From the NCBI GenBank assembly GCA_964016885.1, contig OZ024742.1, positions 244,156,001 to 244,220,000 of the forward strand: DNA of 64,000 nucleotides, given 5' to 3'. The stretch is from Eledone cirrhosa. Its lineage: Eukaryota. Position numbers and translations under genes: made by a program. The notes beneath the pieces are model-generated. The model was given only the letters and a program-made list of their open reading frames with translations. It did no database searches and was not told the DNA's origin. Each line of letters starts with the position of its first letter. Positions within the stretch are counted from its first letter, which is position 1. Shown here one piece after another: positions 25,701-39,780 of the stretch.

Positions 25701-26602
25701 GCAGTATTGACAATGATAGTGGTAGTCAATTTTTTTCCCAAGAGAATGTTACAATTATTTTCCTTTTTTGTTAATTCTTCAGTTGAGTTAGTTTCATAAG
25801 ATTGGACGAGAGTTTGTTTGTTTTTTAAAAATGGTTGAGCCTATCTCAGTTACTACAAGCAACAACTTTAATTGAATGCTAGATACAACTTCCACATTAG
25901 CTTTGAAACCTTTAATTTTAATATTGATTTCTTTTACATAATGCACTATTATTCATTGACCCTGGTCAATTCTGCTTTATCAGACATATAGACACACAAA
26001 CTGCGTAGTAGATAAACACTTTCAATATGTTTGAGTTAGAATGATCCATCTTTTCTATTGGTATACTCTTTTTAAAACTTAAAACCTAAAGCATACAGTT
26101 ACTATTTTAAATACAGTAACAAGTTTATTGAGGAATTTATTTTCTACATTAGGCATGTCAAGAGACGATAGAAGTTCTTTTGCTTATATTCTTTTCTAAA
26201 GTGCCAATGAAATCTTTTTAAAATCAAAAGATTATATATTTTGAGATGACCTGAAAAAAGAAAGTGGAAATGATAAATTGATTAGTTTCTTGTAAAGGTA
26301 TTAAAGTTGACGCCTGCTATAAAGTCATTGTTTGGTTGGCACAAAATAACACAGAAATTAACTTGAAAATGAATTTGAGTTTGACAAAAACAGAGGTATT
26401 CAAAACGAAACCGACTTGTTAAAAGCAATAGTCATTGTTTATATTTTACAATGTACGATAATTCTTCAATGTACTATAAGAAAAGGAATTTTATATATTT
26501 ATTTTTGAAAACTACACTCACTTGTCTCATTATTTACACCCAATCATGCATCTAAATAATATATATTTTATTGAAATCAATTTACTTTTGAAATAGATCC
26601 AG

Positions 26603-26649
<47 letters not shown>

Positions 26650-26652
26650 TCT

Positions 26653-26798
26653 GAAAATGTATGACCCTGACGGCAGAGCTCAAGCCGTTTTGACAGGGGT
26701 CATACATTTTCCTATTACCCACTTTACCACCCTCAGTATTGAGTACTCTGGTGCGTCCATCTGGTTCCTTACCACAACTCCTTCGTTATATATATATA
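26653..26798. mobile_element. Hairpin-headed short repeat next to (TC)n; sibling of 55195-55406
   Basis: GAAAATGTATGACCC...GGGTCATACATTTTC stem, then shared tail CTATTACCCA...AGTATTGAGTACT...CTGGTTCCTTACCACA..TCCTTCGTTATATA. Confidence 0.75.
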
Positions 26799-26966
26799 TT
26801 TACCAAAAATATGTATTATTACATTGTAGTTCTTGTGAATTGTATTTAGTTTGGAAGATCATTCAAATAGATTCAATTCTAACAGTTTCACTTACTGATT
26901 GTTATTGTTGTATTCATGCACTAAAAATGTTAAAAAATTTCTGAGGATGTAACTTTTATGTTTCAG

Positions 26967-27102
26967 CTATGCTCTCGATGTGGTGTGAGGAGCTGGGAAG
27001 GTTATTGTTATTAAGACATCAGAAGACACGCACGCCTGATTCGGCTAAAAGCCCAGGCATGCATCATCAGCTGCAAAAGAATATGCCTGCTGTACCTCAA
27101 AA
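26967..27102 (+). CDS. ZMIZ1: ZMIZ1-like internal coding exon (N-terminal helical region)
   Basis: tttcag|CT...AA|gtaagt splice sites. Translates (A)[44 protein letters not shown](N); [15 protein letters not shown] is the conserved ZMIZ1 N-terminal motif as I recall it. Phase 1 start, phase 2 end. Too short for the ORF track. Confidence 0.93.
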
Positions 27103-27779
27103 GTAAGTCAAGTTTCTCTTCATTTAGTTGCTTATTGTTTTTGTTGCTGTTGTTGTATTGATTTCTCACTATCGATGTTCTTTCATTAGTCAGTTGTCTA
27201 CTTATTACAATTCTTGATCAATATGCATTATTTTTCTTCACTTGCCAACTTCTGCACAAAATATAACCGGCATCAAAATGCATTATGCTGCCTTTTGTAA
27301 ATGTTAGTAGGTTTGTCACAAACCCAACCTAGATTCCAGATCACCACTACTCACTATCCAGATTCCCTCCATTATTCACTTTGCAGATTCCCTTTAGTTT
27401 TAATCACATCACCTGCATTGATATACCAGAAAAACTCAATCACCTTCCTACTTGATATACATATAACATATGAATCTCTTTCTTAAGCAACACATTTACC
27501 AATCCTTTACAGTAGAACAGTTTCTACAATCGAATCACAGCAGGCTGAACACTCTACTTGTATTTTCTGTTGATAGTGAACTTTCAAAACTTTTAAGAAA
27601 TTTTTCTCAAAAAACTATGCAGCATTACTGATAATGTTTTCTTTTTATTGGTTTTTAACATTGGTACAAGCACTTCAGTGATGACCGAGCAGACCTATAA
27701 GGAAAAGTGTTTCAGACATTATCATTCTGGCTCTGAATTTTTGTTTCTTTTTTCCTTGACATAGTGTATTTAGGACTAC

Positions 27780-28052
27780 ATTATTGAATGTGTCATTTTT
27801 ATTTAAAAAAACAAAACAATAGAGCATGATTTGAGGGTGCTAGTGATTTTATTGACACTAGTATATTACTTATGGTTAATTTATCAACCCCAGAAAGAAA
27901 AAAAAGCAAAGCTAACACTTTAGCTTTGTTTTTTTTCTTTCTGGGGTTGATAAATTAACCATAAGTAATATACTAGTGTCAATAAAATCACTAGCACCCT
28001 CAAATCATGCTCTATTGTTTTTTTTTAAAATAAAAATGACACATTCAATAAT
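27780..28052. repeat. Near-perfect fold-back palindrome (about 133-bp arms, 4-nt loop CACT)
   Basis: 27780-27914 is the reverse complement of 27919-28052 apart from small differences in A/T runs. Confidence 0.95.
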
Positions 28053-31031
28053 TCTGGCATTTGAATCCAAATATTAGAATACATTTAATTTTACACTCTT
28101 TTTTTTCAACTCCACCTGTCATGCTTTGGTGATTTAGTATTGAGAAATGCAGTAGTGAAATACATAAAATAGCAGGCTACTGAATCTGGGCTCACATCAT
28201 CATCATCATCACCGTTTAACATCCACTTTCCACGCTAGCATGGGTTAGATGGGTTGTCCCATTTGAGGCAGGTTGGGTCAAGTTAGGAATATTATTTTGT
28301 ATATAAATATTAAAAGGCACTTAGTTTGGGAGTCTTTAGAATGCTTTAATTGTGTTAAAGTAACATAAAAATACCATATATAGTCAACCCCCTATTTTAT
28401 GTCTGAGAAATAGACAAAAGTCCAAACCCTGTGTATAAGCCGAGACAGCTAATCAACACATTATGTTTAGATGGTGCAGTTTTGAAGTTCTCATGAGTGG
28501 AGAATATATTTATGAAGTTTTAATATTTTGGTATTTAAGATGTTTTGTGTTGTTTAGAGTATAGTCTATGTAATAATTATGTAATCATTTTATTACCAAT
28601 TTCTAGTCGTTTTGAAGGCCATGTTCATTCAAAACTAATTTCATCTCCAAAGCAAAAATATTTTAGCACCTTATTTACATAGTTTGAAGTTAGTGAAAAT
28701 TGGCAAAATATTGAACACTTTTACCATAGATTTTTTTTTTTTTTTTTTTTTTTTTTTGCAGGGGTGGGTCATATTTCTTGGCTTATATACGAGTATATAT
28801 GGTAATTAGTTTAAAGTTGTAAACATTTCTTATAAGCACTCTTTATTGTTTCATTTGAAGGCTACTCAAAGTTACATAGTTTGAGGAAAAGAATAAATTC
28901 CTTATGTGCAACATATTTTGGTAATAACCCTTTACCATATTGCTTATATAAATCACAGAAAGCCATATTGAACTGGATTTTAAACCAGACTTAATGATCA
29001 TGTCCTCCACTATTGATACTATTACCTCATTTGTAATAGAAAATCTTATTCCAATATAGTATATCATTTCTGTTTTATACTATATATTAGCTGGCCCCGT
29101 GCAGTCAAAAATGACGGCTAATTGTAATATCTATACATAATATAAAAAAGAGATGTTTGTTTGCTGGCTGGTTGGTTCCTTCGCGCTCACTCACACAAAT
29201 GATACAAACACACTCCTTCCTTCATCAGTCATCTCTAGTGCATTACAGGCAAATACACAAGGCTACTCCAATATAATATATCATTTCTGTTTTTACCCAC
29301 ATATTTTCTGCTAGTCCTCAAAGAAAAAATATGCTTTGATTTATCATTTTAATTACATCTGTTTTGTCTTACTTGATGTATATGATTAACAGAAGAATGC
29401 CAATTTATTTAACACCAAATTATCAAGGAGTACAAAATAAATGCTTGTGGGACAAACCTCACCTGTAAAGTGAAATGGATATAAAAGCTACCCAAATAAT
29501 AAACTAATATACCCACACACAGAATTTGTATGAGCGATCCCAAGCGATTTTACTTTATCTTAGCTTTTAGTTCATTAATTTTGTATGAAAATCATTCATT
29601 GACAGAATTTTCTTTGTTGGCAAATTAACGGAAAAGCATTTGTCATCATGATTTTCATTACTCAAATGTCTGTTACCAAATGGTTCAATCTAGGTTGACC
29701 AGGTGACAATGTATGCGAAAAGTTACAACTTTGAAGCAGGCTGTATCTTGACTATATTTAACTTAAATGGAGTAAGACTCCAGTTATAAGAGCAGACTTT
29801 ATGCTCAATACTACAACAGTTCACTACAACTTGACTCCATTTGTTAGTTATTTTTCCCCAGAATTTCATTTTACAAAAAGTCAAGATAAGACTTGTGTAT
29901 AAAGAATCTTCAAACTGGTTTTTAAAAGATTGAAAGCATTTCCAAACATGTTTCTACTCGCAGCTATTTTGATTATATCCACTTAAAATAAATAAATACA
30001 CTCATACAACTGTTCTGGTACAATGCTACAAAAATGTCTGGAGTTTAGCAGCTACTTTAATGCTGTTTAAAATAAAGAGGAAATTTTGGTTTATGTACCT
30101 GTCTTACTCCTGTCTAGCTTTTGTTAATGTTTTCATTAAGTACTAATTAGATATCTATTTGTCACTCAATAAATTTTCTGTCTTTCTACATAAGATTTTA
30201 TTTTTATTTATTATTTTTTTATCACTGGCAAAATCAGTGAGTGAGTTTTGCTGTTTTTGATTTTCTTTATTTCATACCATATTTTCTTGCTTATACTTTT
30301 GCAATGGATGACTACTTTCTCATCAATTCTTAGTGGATATTGAAGTAACTACTTCTTATTTCAACTCAATGCTCATTCATCATATCAGATAAGATTTTGG
30401 GTATACTAAACTCAGAAAAACAACTATTTATTTAAGATTATATTGAATCAAAACTAGCAAATGTTCAGCTTTATACAAATACACAAATTAGTAATATTCT
30501 TATTCTCTGTATCTGCTAAAATCAGCTTAAAGTAAAACATATTACCTTCATGTTTTAAATGAAGCTAAGGATTATAGGTACACCCTATTGAATTTATGGA
30601 AAATCTGAAAGCAGGGACACACCTTTGAGAGCAATGCCCTACATTCTTACTTTTCACTCTATCTACATCCTACAAACATTTTTTTAACACAAATAGCAAA
30701 TTTTACAAAAGTTACACTGTCTTCCAGTTCTTACATATCTTTAAACAACAACAATAGATTATCAATTGAGATTTTCAATAATATTCTTTACTGAACAGCT
30801 AAATGTAAAGTATTGTGATTAAACTGGAGTATTCAGTATATGGGTATATACACATAGTATTAAATAGGATTTCCGTTACAATTCAGTATTATTACATTGA
30901 CAAGTTAAAAAATATATTAAAAGAAGTGTTTCATTTTGATTTCGACTCTGTAGTAAATTTTGAAAGATTAGTTTAATGGCATCTGTACTTTTTTTTATAA
31001 TCTGTCATTGCCAATTTATGATCTTATTGCT

Positions 31032-31457
31032 TTAACCCTTTTGTGGTCCATGACCTGATGTTTCTTCTCCCACTGTGAGTTGACCTTACCTTCAATGTCT
31101 CCTCAGTGCTGCTACCATGATAAAAATGCACCCACCCTACTCTGTAACGTGGTAGTGATGGTGCCACAACAAAAAGCATTTAGTTTACCATGTAAGGTGG
31201 CAGTGCTAGAGTCATGATAAAATGTTCCCAGTACATTCTGTAAAGTGGTTGGTGTTAGGAAGGGCACCCAGTCATAGAAACCAAGCATGGAAAATAGATG
31301 TTAAATATTGATGAGTAGGTGGATTTCTAATAAAATACACTTTTTAATTAATTAATGAAGAATTATTTCATTACTAAGATAGGAACCCTTTAAAATCGGT
31401 GATTTGGTTTCATAGAACCAGAACTGGTTTGGGAGGATTTGGAACCAAAAGGGTTAA
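31032..31457. mobile_element. piggyBac-type MITE with nested RTE-tail element
   Basis: TTAA|CCCTTTTG...CAAAAGGG|TTAA; internal 31085-31315 matches the RTE 3'UTR motif (ctgtaaagtggttggtgttaggaagggca). Confidence 0.7.
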
Positions 31458-32089
31458 ATTTATCTCTAGTAAGGTTTGCCTTCAATATTAGCTTTGTTAT
31501 CAACTTTATATCTTTCCATGTAAAATAATAAATGTTTAAATTTTTTGTATTTTGTCTTAAAACTACTTTTTTTTTTTATAACTGAGGTATTTTGCTTTTA
31601 GCTAGCAACATTTCATCATTTAATTTTCTTAAATTTACCTTTTATCTTTGGATAGCACTTTTATTTTATTTTATTATTTTTGATGTTCAAGCTCATTCCT
31701 GAAAGGCAGTAGTATAAAGATAAACATTTTTTACTACTTCCACTGCCACCATCTGTTTGCATAGCAAGCACCAGATATAAAAATGAGTTTAAATTATAGC
31801 AGAATTCTACTGAATATAATATCAGTGATGTCTCAATTGTGTTGGTTATGTCAGTGTGTTTCAGAATTATAAATGATAATCTTGATAAAGAAAATAAAGT
31901 TAGATGAGTATTTTCTATCCGTTTGGCAATGTCATGGGGAGAATGGATGTTGAGAAGAGGAAATTGCCAAACTCTTAATTTTAGGTAAGGTTAGGTATGG
32001 AAAAGGTTTAGAGCACTAGAGTTATGTGTCTGTCTTTGGTAAATAGTTGAATTTTCAAATTTAGGTTAAGTTTCTTTTGAAGATTATTA

Positions 32090-33060
32090 TTAGCAAAAAA
32101 TTCCAACACTGTAACATCCAAGCGTCAGGCTCTGGAACGGTGGTCTGCACTAATAGCTGCAGAACTGAAATGTTTCAACATTGACTTGGCTTACTTAAGT
32201 GAATGCCGTATCTCCAAGGAGGGTGAGTTTGTGTATGGTGATTACACCTTCCTCCACTCAGGAAGACCAAACGACCAACCTAAACTTGAAGTTGTAGCTA
32301 TTGCACTCAAGAATCATCTTTGTGTATAAAGCTCAACAATACCTGCCATGCCTCAGTGATCAGTGTCTATTCAACAACCTTCAAAAGACCAGCGGAGAAA
32401 AAGACTATTCTATGATATACTCATCAGCGGTTCCTACGGGCGACTGGTTATTTCTGCTTGGGGACTTTAGTGCCAGAGTTGGTGCAGACAACACAGTGTG
32501 GCCTGGTGTTGTTGGTCCACATGGCCTAGGAGACATGAATCAGCAAGGATTACTGCTGCTTGAACTCTGTACTCACTTTGATCTTACCATCTCCAATACA
32601 ATGTTCTGCTGCCCTAACATCCATAAGGGGACATGGAAACACCCTAGATCACAAAGGTGACATCAGATAGACTTTATTATTGTGTGGTAGCATTACAAAT
32701 CTGACCTGTTTAATTTTTATGTTCGATGCAGTGCTGATTGCTGGACTGACCGATCAAATTGTCTGCACTAGGCTAATGTTATGCTTCCACAAGTCTGTCC
32801 AAAAGACATGCAATACTGGTCCCAAACGACTTAACATCAATCAAATGAAAGTTCCAGAAATAAGGGAGCAACTCTGCCAGAACTTCCCCACCAATCTGAA
32901 CCAAGTCAAAACAGCCTCCTTAGACCAACATTGGCAGTCTTTATGAGTTGTTCTGAATGAAACCACCAGAAAGACTGTTGGATTGCATAAAAGACATCAC
33001 AACACTGGTTCAATGAAAATAACCTCATCATTACAGACCTGTTTAAACTGAAATGAGGGT
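32090..33060 (+). mobile_element. Decayed RTE/BovB-like LINE, endonuclease region (second family)
   Basis: FNIDLAYLSECR, LLGDFSARVG, GLLLLELC, TWKHPRSQR*HQIDF APE motifs with stops and frameshifts. Confidence 0.85.
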
Positions 33061-33223
33061 CACCAGGAATTACATAAAATAAATAAAATTTTAGAAATAG
33101 CTAGATATTGGTTACAACTATTGTCAGATCCTGACTTTTCTTTGATTCACAGTGATAGATCTTTGTCAGTTCTTGCTAGCTAACCTAACTTCTTGCTACA
33201 AAAATACAGATTAATATATGATA

Positions 33224-33602
33224 CTAGCTGGCGCCCGGCTAGGTATACCTGGCCCCACCACTCCACTTCAAAGATACCACACACCCTCCCATGTCACATT
33301 GTCCTTCCGACTCTCTCTCTCTCTCTCTGAATAACTAACACTTTAATTGTATCTCTCTCTGTCTAACGGCCTATCTTTCTCTTTTCCCCTCCCTCTGTTT
33401 TTCTGTCTCTCTCTGTAGATGTGTGTGTGATTATAGAGAGAGGGAAGAGCGACAGAGTAAAGCAGTTAAATTATAGAGAGGGGGAATGATCTATTATAGA
33501 GAGCGGAAAGAACGAAGGAGAGCGTAAAGCTAAGAAACTATAGGGAGGTGTGTAGGATACATACATAATACATACACACGATGCTCAGCTTTATAATATA
33601 GA
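33224..33602 (-). mobile_element. Non-autonomous Helitron-like element
   Basis: Minus strand: A|TCTATATTATAAAG at the 5' end, GC-rich hairpin GGCCAGGTATACCTAGCC about 10 nt before CTAG|T at the 3' end; A-T target site; internal CT/GA microsatellites. Confidence 0.8.
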
Positions 33603-36600
33603 TTAATATAGTAATCTCCTATTATGTTAGTGAATATGTTCTCTTTCTTATGTCATTTAGAATTCTTAATAAAAACTTTATCATGGCTTTATGTGGTAAA
33701 TTTGAGGTTGTCACAAACTGTGATATTCTTTGTGTTTCTTGGTGGCTTTTCAAATATATGCACCTGCATGTATCATTAGATATGATCTTTACTAATTACC
33801 ATTGACTGGTATGTTTTGTTTTATTTGAATAACAATAGTAAAGCTTTGTAATACACTTGGCCTTAGCCTGAAGAATTGTCTGTGACAGTGGTGCCATATT
33901 TGAAGCATTGTCTCAAAAGTAAAATAAAATACTCTAAATGTTTTACTGGTAGGTGTGTGTTTTAACAGCTGAAATAGTATGAAATATCCATGGTTTAAAC
34001 AGTGGAAATTTGGTATTATATAGTTTACAGAATTTATATTTGTGTATGAGGAGGGGGCAAATAATATATGAATGATAACGGATTATTATAAACTGCAAAT
34101 TTAGAGGGCCAGAATATCTGTTTTGTAGAATTACAGAAAGTTATAAGCCAAGTTAAATGTACAGTTCCTTGTAAAAACGAACAAGAGGACTTGCTTGTGT
34201 GATCACACTGTGCAATATATGTCATCAATTCTGATCAATTCATCTTAAATATTTAAACAAAAGAAAAAAACTCACTCATATTGGAGTACTAATCACATCT
34301 ATGAGACAATTTTGTACGCTATATGCACAAATATCTTGGACCATATCCAAAAGAGGGCCATTCAACTGATTGGCAATTGTTCCTTCAACATAATTCAGTC
34401 ACTGAATTGTATATAGGCAGTATTTTCTCTTTGCTTTGTCTACCAATACTACAATGAATGACCTCCGCTTTTCTGAACTAGCTAACCTCATATCCTCTCC
34501 ACACAGCCTTCCTGTCTTTTCTCCTCTATTCACCACCCAGAATTGTAACTCTTTACTTCCCTCTACTGCCATGGTTTTCCTGTGGTCATTGACCAACAGA
34601 TGTTCAAGTTAGACATCAACTCTATCAAACACACTAGTCTAAGACAATCTCTAAAGACCATAGCACTTTTTATCCTTCACAGAATAAATAAATTATTAAT
34701 AAAGATTCTACTCAATATCTTATGTGTTCACCTGGAGGAAATTCTTTTAAGATATGACTCATTTTTTTTTGTTAGTTGGGTATTAGAGTTTAACCTTCAC
34801 AATATGCATGAATAATTTCATTAAAATATTCTTAGTTAATTTATTGTTTCTGTCAACATACATCACATAGCCCCTCCCCCCACATACACACACAGGTACA
34901 CATATGTGTCCGGGTCTCAGCTGTATATGTATGTGGCAAGTTACTATCAGCATTTAATCTATTTAACCATTGTAATGACTTGTCTCCATGTTTTACCCCA
35001 CAATTTTATGTCAATATCTACCTGTCTTGTATCAAAAGAAATATAACAATGATAATATTTAGAAGCCATTTATAAATATATTTAATTAGGCATGCATAGT
35101 TTAGCCTATTTCAATATCTATTTAATACCAATATTCATATTTTACTTTAAAAAAAATAGCAGCTGTTAATATTACTCCCTAATTTATTAACCCAAATGAA
35201 TTAAATTATAGGCAATAGATATGAATGAAAGCATTTGTAAATTTATGATAATCACTGTTCAATGCTGTGCAAAATAACTCTTGGAACAGTGCATTCTCTT
35301 TTTAATAGGTTGAATTTTTGTTCAATAAAAAAATCTTTTATATACTATGATAACTTTTTTCTTCAAAATAGAATGCTTTCATTTTATGACTCGAAAATAC
35401 TATAATCAATCTAAACAAGGTACTTTCTGTACCATTGTTTGACCTGCTAAAACTAGCAGTAAAATCTTCCTGAAATTACCCTTTTCTGAATTAAAAAAAA
35501 TGAATCTACACAGTATAATCATAGATATAAAAATAAAGCCTGAGGTAGCTATGAATCAAATATCTGTGACCCTGATTATACTCAATCAAGACAAACCTGG
35601 GCTAAACAACAGTAATCTAAATCAAGTGAACAAGGGAGTTTCTCTGCTGGAAATGGCAAACAAAATCCCTTCAAACTGCAACTTACTATTTTAAAAAGGG
35701 AAGGATGCAGTGGATAATGCGGCCCTGGATCTATTGCCTGAAAATAAGATGTGGTTGTTGTGACTAGAATGCTTTCAATTTATGTCTACTTAATCAGAGC
35801 TGACATGGGTCTAAAACATCACACTATCTTGTATTGTCTGGGACAGGTTTCCTTTTTGAAGATCAATCACATTTGTTATCTTATTTTTTAGACTTGAAAA
35901 CATTAATTTCTGAAGGGCTCTGTGAAAAACCTCCTGTTTTCCATATTGGTTTATATCTGTTCTCTTTCAACTCTAGATACAGTTATTGTTCTTTTAGTTA
36001 TAATACATACAAAAGCTGCTGTATATTGTTATATGCTGCACTGTTCATAAAAGAAATACATTTGTGTTAGTACTGACAGAAAGCTGCTAAATATTTCTAT
36101 GCCTAGTGTGGCAGGCTTTGTTTAACAAAGATCAATTTCCTTTTCTTCCTATTTTATCATTTTATATTCCTGCTGTCTTCCATGCTTGTTCCATTGTCAG
36201 TGCTATTGTGTTAGAGCCAACTGTAACATTCTTAGCCATATATATTCAGCCCATAACTATCATTTCCATTATTTCTTCATTAAAAATTGAAAAGAAAGAG
36301 GAAAATATGCAAGTGAGCCAGTACAGTTAAATTACAAATAACTATTTGAATGCTGTTGTTTTTTTAACTATCTCCACAACAGTCTTAGTGATTGATAATA
36401 TAGTGACAAACTGATTTTCTATTACTTTTCTTCTATGAAGTTGATTGAGGTTATTAACAACACATAAATAGTGTTTGTTTTGGTCTTCTTTTTTAACCTT
36501 CAATGTTTATTGATAGGTTTTTCACATATCACCTCCAAAAGAATTATTTTTATCATCATTTTTGTTCATAAAATTCATTAGAATGATCAATGCTTTAGCA

Positions 36601-36921
36601 CAATTCTCATTCATTTGCTTTCATTGATTATTGTTATTGATTAAAGCATGTTTGCAAGTGCAACTAGTTTGACAGTGAAATTTTTAGTTTAAAATATTAT
36701 ATTTCTTAATATTGGGTGAAATGTTATTGATAAGCAAGTGATAACTATTTTGTCAAGGATTTTTAACATACCTACTAAGGTTGTAAAGTGGAGTCAACAG
36801 TTTCATTTTTAATAATTTTAAGATAATCATTACTTAATAAAATTTATGACTGCTTTAGTATTTCAATAAGATCAATTTGTACAGCAATAATCTATGGACT
36901 ATGTATTCAACAGTTTTGTCT

Positions 36922-37031
36922 TCAATCCCGCCGAGGTTAACTTTGCCTTTCATCCTTATGGGGTTGATAAAATAAAGTACCAGTAATACACTTGGTAGTT
37001 GCTGGCTTTGTGCCAAAAGTAGAAACAATTA
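36922..37031 (+). mobile_element. 5'-truncated tRNA-SINE (main family)
   Basis: Matches the consensus from the B-box to AGAAACAATT. Confidence 0.85.
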
Positions 37032-38203
37032 TATTAGACTTGCTAAGAGGAATTACTAAAACTCCCACCTGAAGTTATAGTATACTCTGTAAACAGCAAA
37101 GGAAATCACAAGTGTTTCATGACCCTGGTATACAAAATGGTGAATATTTTACCTGAGAGGTGATGGTGAGGATAAGTGCTAAAAAAGCCAGTCTCTTTTG
37201 TATGACCATCTCAATCAGTGAGTAGAGAGGGACTTTGGGAACCATGAATGCTAGATACTTCCACCACCATGGGTTCGACAAAAAACCTCTCAAAGAGCAT
37301 CCAGTATTTTGTCTGTTTGCAGATTTTCAACCTGCCGAACAACAAAACTTGGATCTATTGTTTATTTCATACGGCTACCACTGGAGAAGGTGTTAATACA
37401 GGCCCCATTCCAGATTAGAGGCTTGCCATTTCAGGAAATAGGAAAATTGTGATATTCTCTGGCCAGCTTCAGTTACAATGTGAAGCCAGCTAGGTCCAAG
37501 CGATGTTTTTTAACAATATCACTAAGAGCAGCATGTTGCGGGGAGTGACTGATGCTGAAGCAATATGACAGTGAGTGGAGTTTTAAAATATTCACTGTAG
37601 AACCACAATGGCAATTATGTACTCTGATAATCTTTTCTGACAAACTAATCTATGATTGTCACAGAGTTATGATACACCTTAAGAAAAAATACAAATGAAT
37701 ATTAATCCTCTTTTTTTATTTAGAAAACCTTTATGATATTGAATACTTCCAAAAAAATCCCAATTTATTCCAAGCAAAGGAATAAAAACCAGCTTGCCTT
37801 TGATAAGGTAATTACAACCAGCTGAGGCAAGTGGTGGTGGTGGGGGCTGATAACTATGAAATAATTAGTGTCACTTAATTATAATTACTGTTCATATTTT
37901 GAATAGTTTCTAAAAGCTATTGAGTTTGTTCATACATTGGTTGAGGCAGATTTTTAGTTAATTTTGTTAATTTCATAACAACTAATAGCAACTTTATAAT
38001 TAAAAAGTATCGTACAGGTAATTACCCAGAACAAATTATCTTAACTAAAATAGGCAGTATTTTGGTTAAATTCAATGGCAAAATATTATTATCTAATTGA
38101 TTAAATTGATTGTATTTTTTTTATATATCAGGTTTTCATCTACTAGAACTTTTACACTTCCATGCCTTCTTAATATCATTTTTTTTCCCTTCTCGTTAAC
38201 CTT

Positions 38204-38425
38204 TTAACCCTTACATTATTTTATATTTACTATTGTTTTTTTCACAGTAAAGGCACATTATCTTACATAATTCTCACATGATATCGAATCTACGAGATTT
38301 TTATGTTATTTATTTTGGGAACAATACCTTAATGTAGGTATGAGCAGCCAGTTATAGCCGGTTTGAACAGAACGAGGTGTGAGAATTCTGGCTGGATATG
38401 GCTGGTTTAAATGCTAAAGGGTTAA
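38204..38425. mobile_element. piggyBac-type MITE (opposite orientation to 6263-6472)
   Basis: TTAA|CCCTT...AAAGGG|TTAA; internal similarity to the reverse complement of 6263-6472. Confidence 0.8.
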
Positions 38426-39404
38426 GGTTTCATGTATTTTAATAATGTTAACACTAGTGGTTCCCTTTTTCATGCAGATAGCATCTCTGAAATATTAATT
38501 ATTTTCCCATTTTCCTGCACCAACCAATGTATATCATCATCATCATAGGTTTATTTTCCATGCTTGCATGGGTTAGACGGGTTGTCACATTATAATTCTA
38601 GACATGTCAGATGACCATGTCTTGTTCATAGAATTCCTTTTTGGCTTAGTTTTCTACAGCTGGACACCTTTCTTAATACCAACGACATTTACTGTGTGTA
38701 CTGTTTTTTTTTTTTGTTTTATTTCTCTCTGTGTGTAGCACCAACTCTACCACCTCACAGCATGAACTGGTGCATTTTGTCATGGCACCAGTACTAGGTG
38801 AGCAGGTGGTGTGTCATGTGGCTGGCCTTGAAGAGAGTGAGTTGCATTTGACACTATATGATGGTGTGTGTCTGGCTTTCCATGCATGCAGACAGGAAAG
38901 GTATAACAGGGATGGGGGAGCATATCACCATCATCATTAAACATTTATTTTCCATGCCTGGCTGATTCAGACAAGCAGTGACACTGATATTAAACGAGAC
39001 AGGTGACCACATCTAACTCATATGTTCCATTTTGGCATGGACCCCATGGTCGGCTGCCCTTCCTTACTTAGTGATTCCTTCTTGATGAATATACTGAAGG
39101 TTATACTTTGATGATGAGGTCAGAATAAGAATTATGTCTCCTGTATTTGCCAGATAAATTAAAATAATATCAGTAGTAGTTGAATATTATTCTTTTGTTT
39201 GTTTTTTTTTCATCACCGCATAATGATTTCAAATCAGGTTTTTAAAGACCCCTTCCATTCACTAACTTAACTTTAAAATTTTGTTTTGGTTGAGATGCAG
39301 TATGCACATTAAAAGATTTAAAGTGTAGATTTCTGCACCAGGATGAGGAAACATTCCTCTAAATTTAATTTAGGGTTTGGGTTTAATGCTGATCTTCAAC
39401 TCTT

Positions 39405-39780
39405 TGAATTAGCAGTATTGACAGAATCATTTGAGCACTGGACAAAATACTTCATAGTATTTGGTTATGGCCCTTTATGTTCTGAGTTCAAATCTTGCCA
39501 GGGTTAACTTTGCCTTTCATTCTTCTGTGGTCAATAAAATAAAGTAGCAGCCATGTATTAGTGTCAGTTTAATACTATTCATACTATATTTCGGACGTCA
39601 TGCTTTGCAGCATAGAGTTACGGCCCCTCATGATCTGAGTTCAAATCCTGCCAAGGTTAACTTTGCCTTTCATCCTTACAGGGTCAATAAAATAAAGTAC
39701 CAGTCACGCACTGGGGTCAATTTAATCGACTTTCCCCTCCCCCAAAATTGCTGGCCTTGTGCCTATATAAGAAACCATTA
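39405..39780 (+). mobile_element. Tandem pair of tRNA-SINEs
   Basis: Two B-box plus central-domain units. Confidence 0.8.

Noticed and set aside
1-26900. Upstream ZMIZ1 exons (e.g. DLDLGYRLL motif)
   Set aside because: Not found by eye; probably 5' of the window, although a short exon could have been missed or lie in the gap.
37150-37600. Possible host exon in a GC-elevated patch
   Set aside because: No clean ORF or splice pair; the minus strand has faint LINE endonuclease-like fragments (HRLDLAGF, NGKP), too weak to call.
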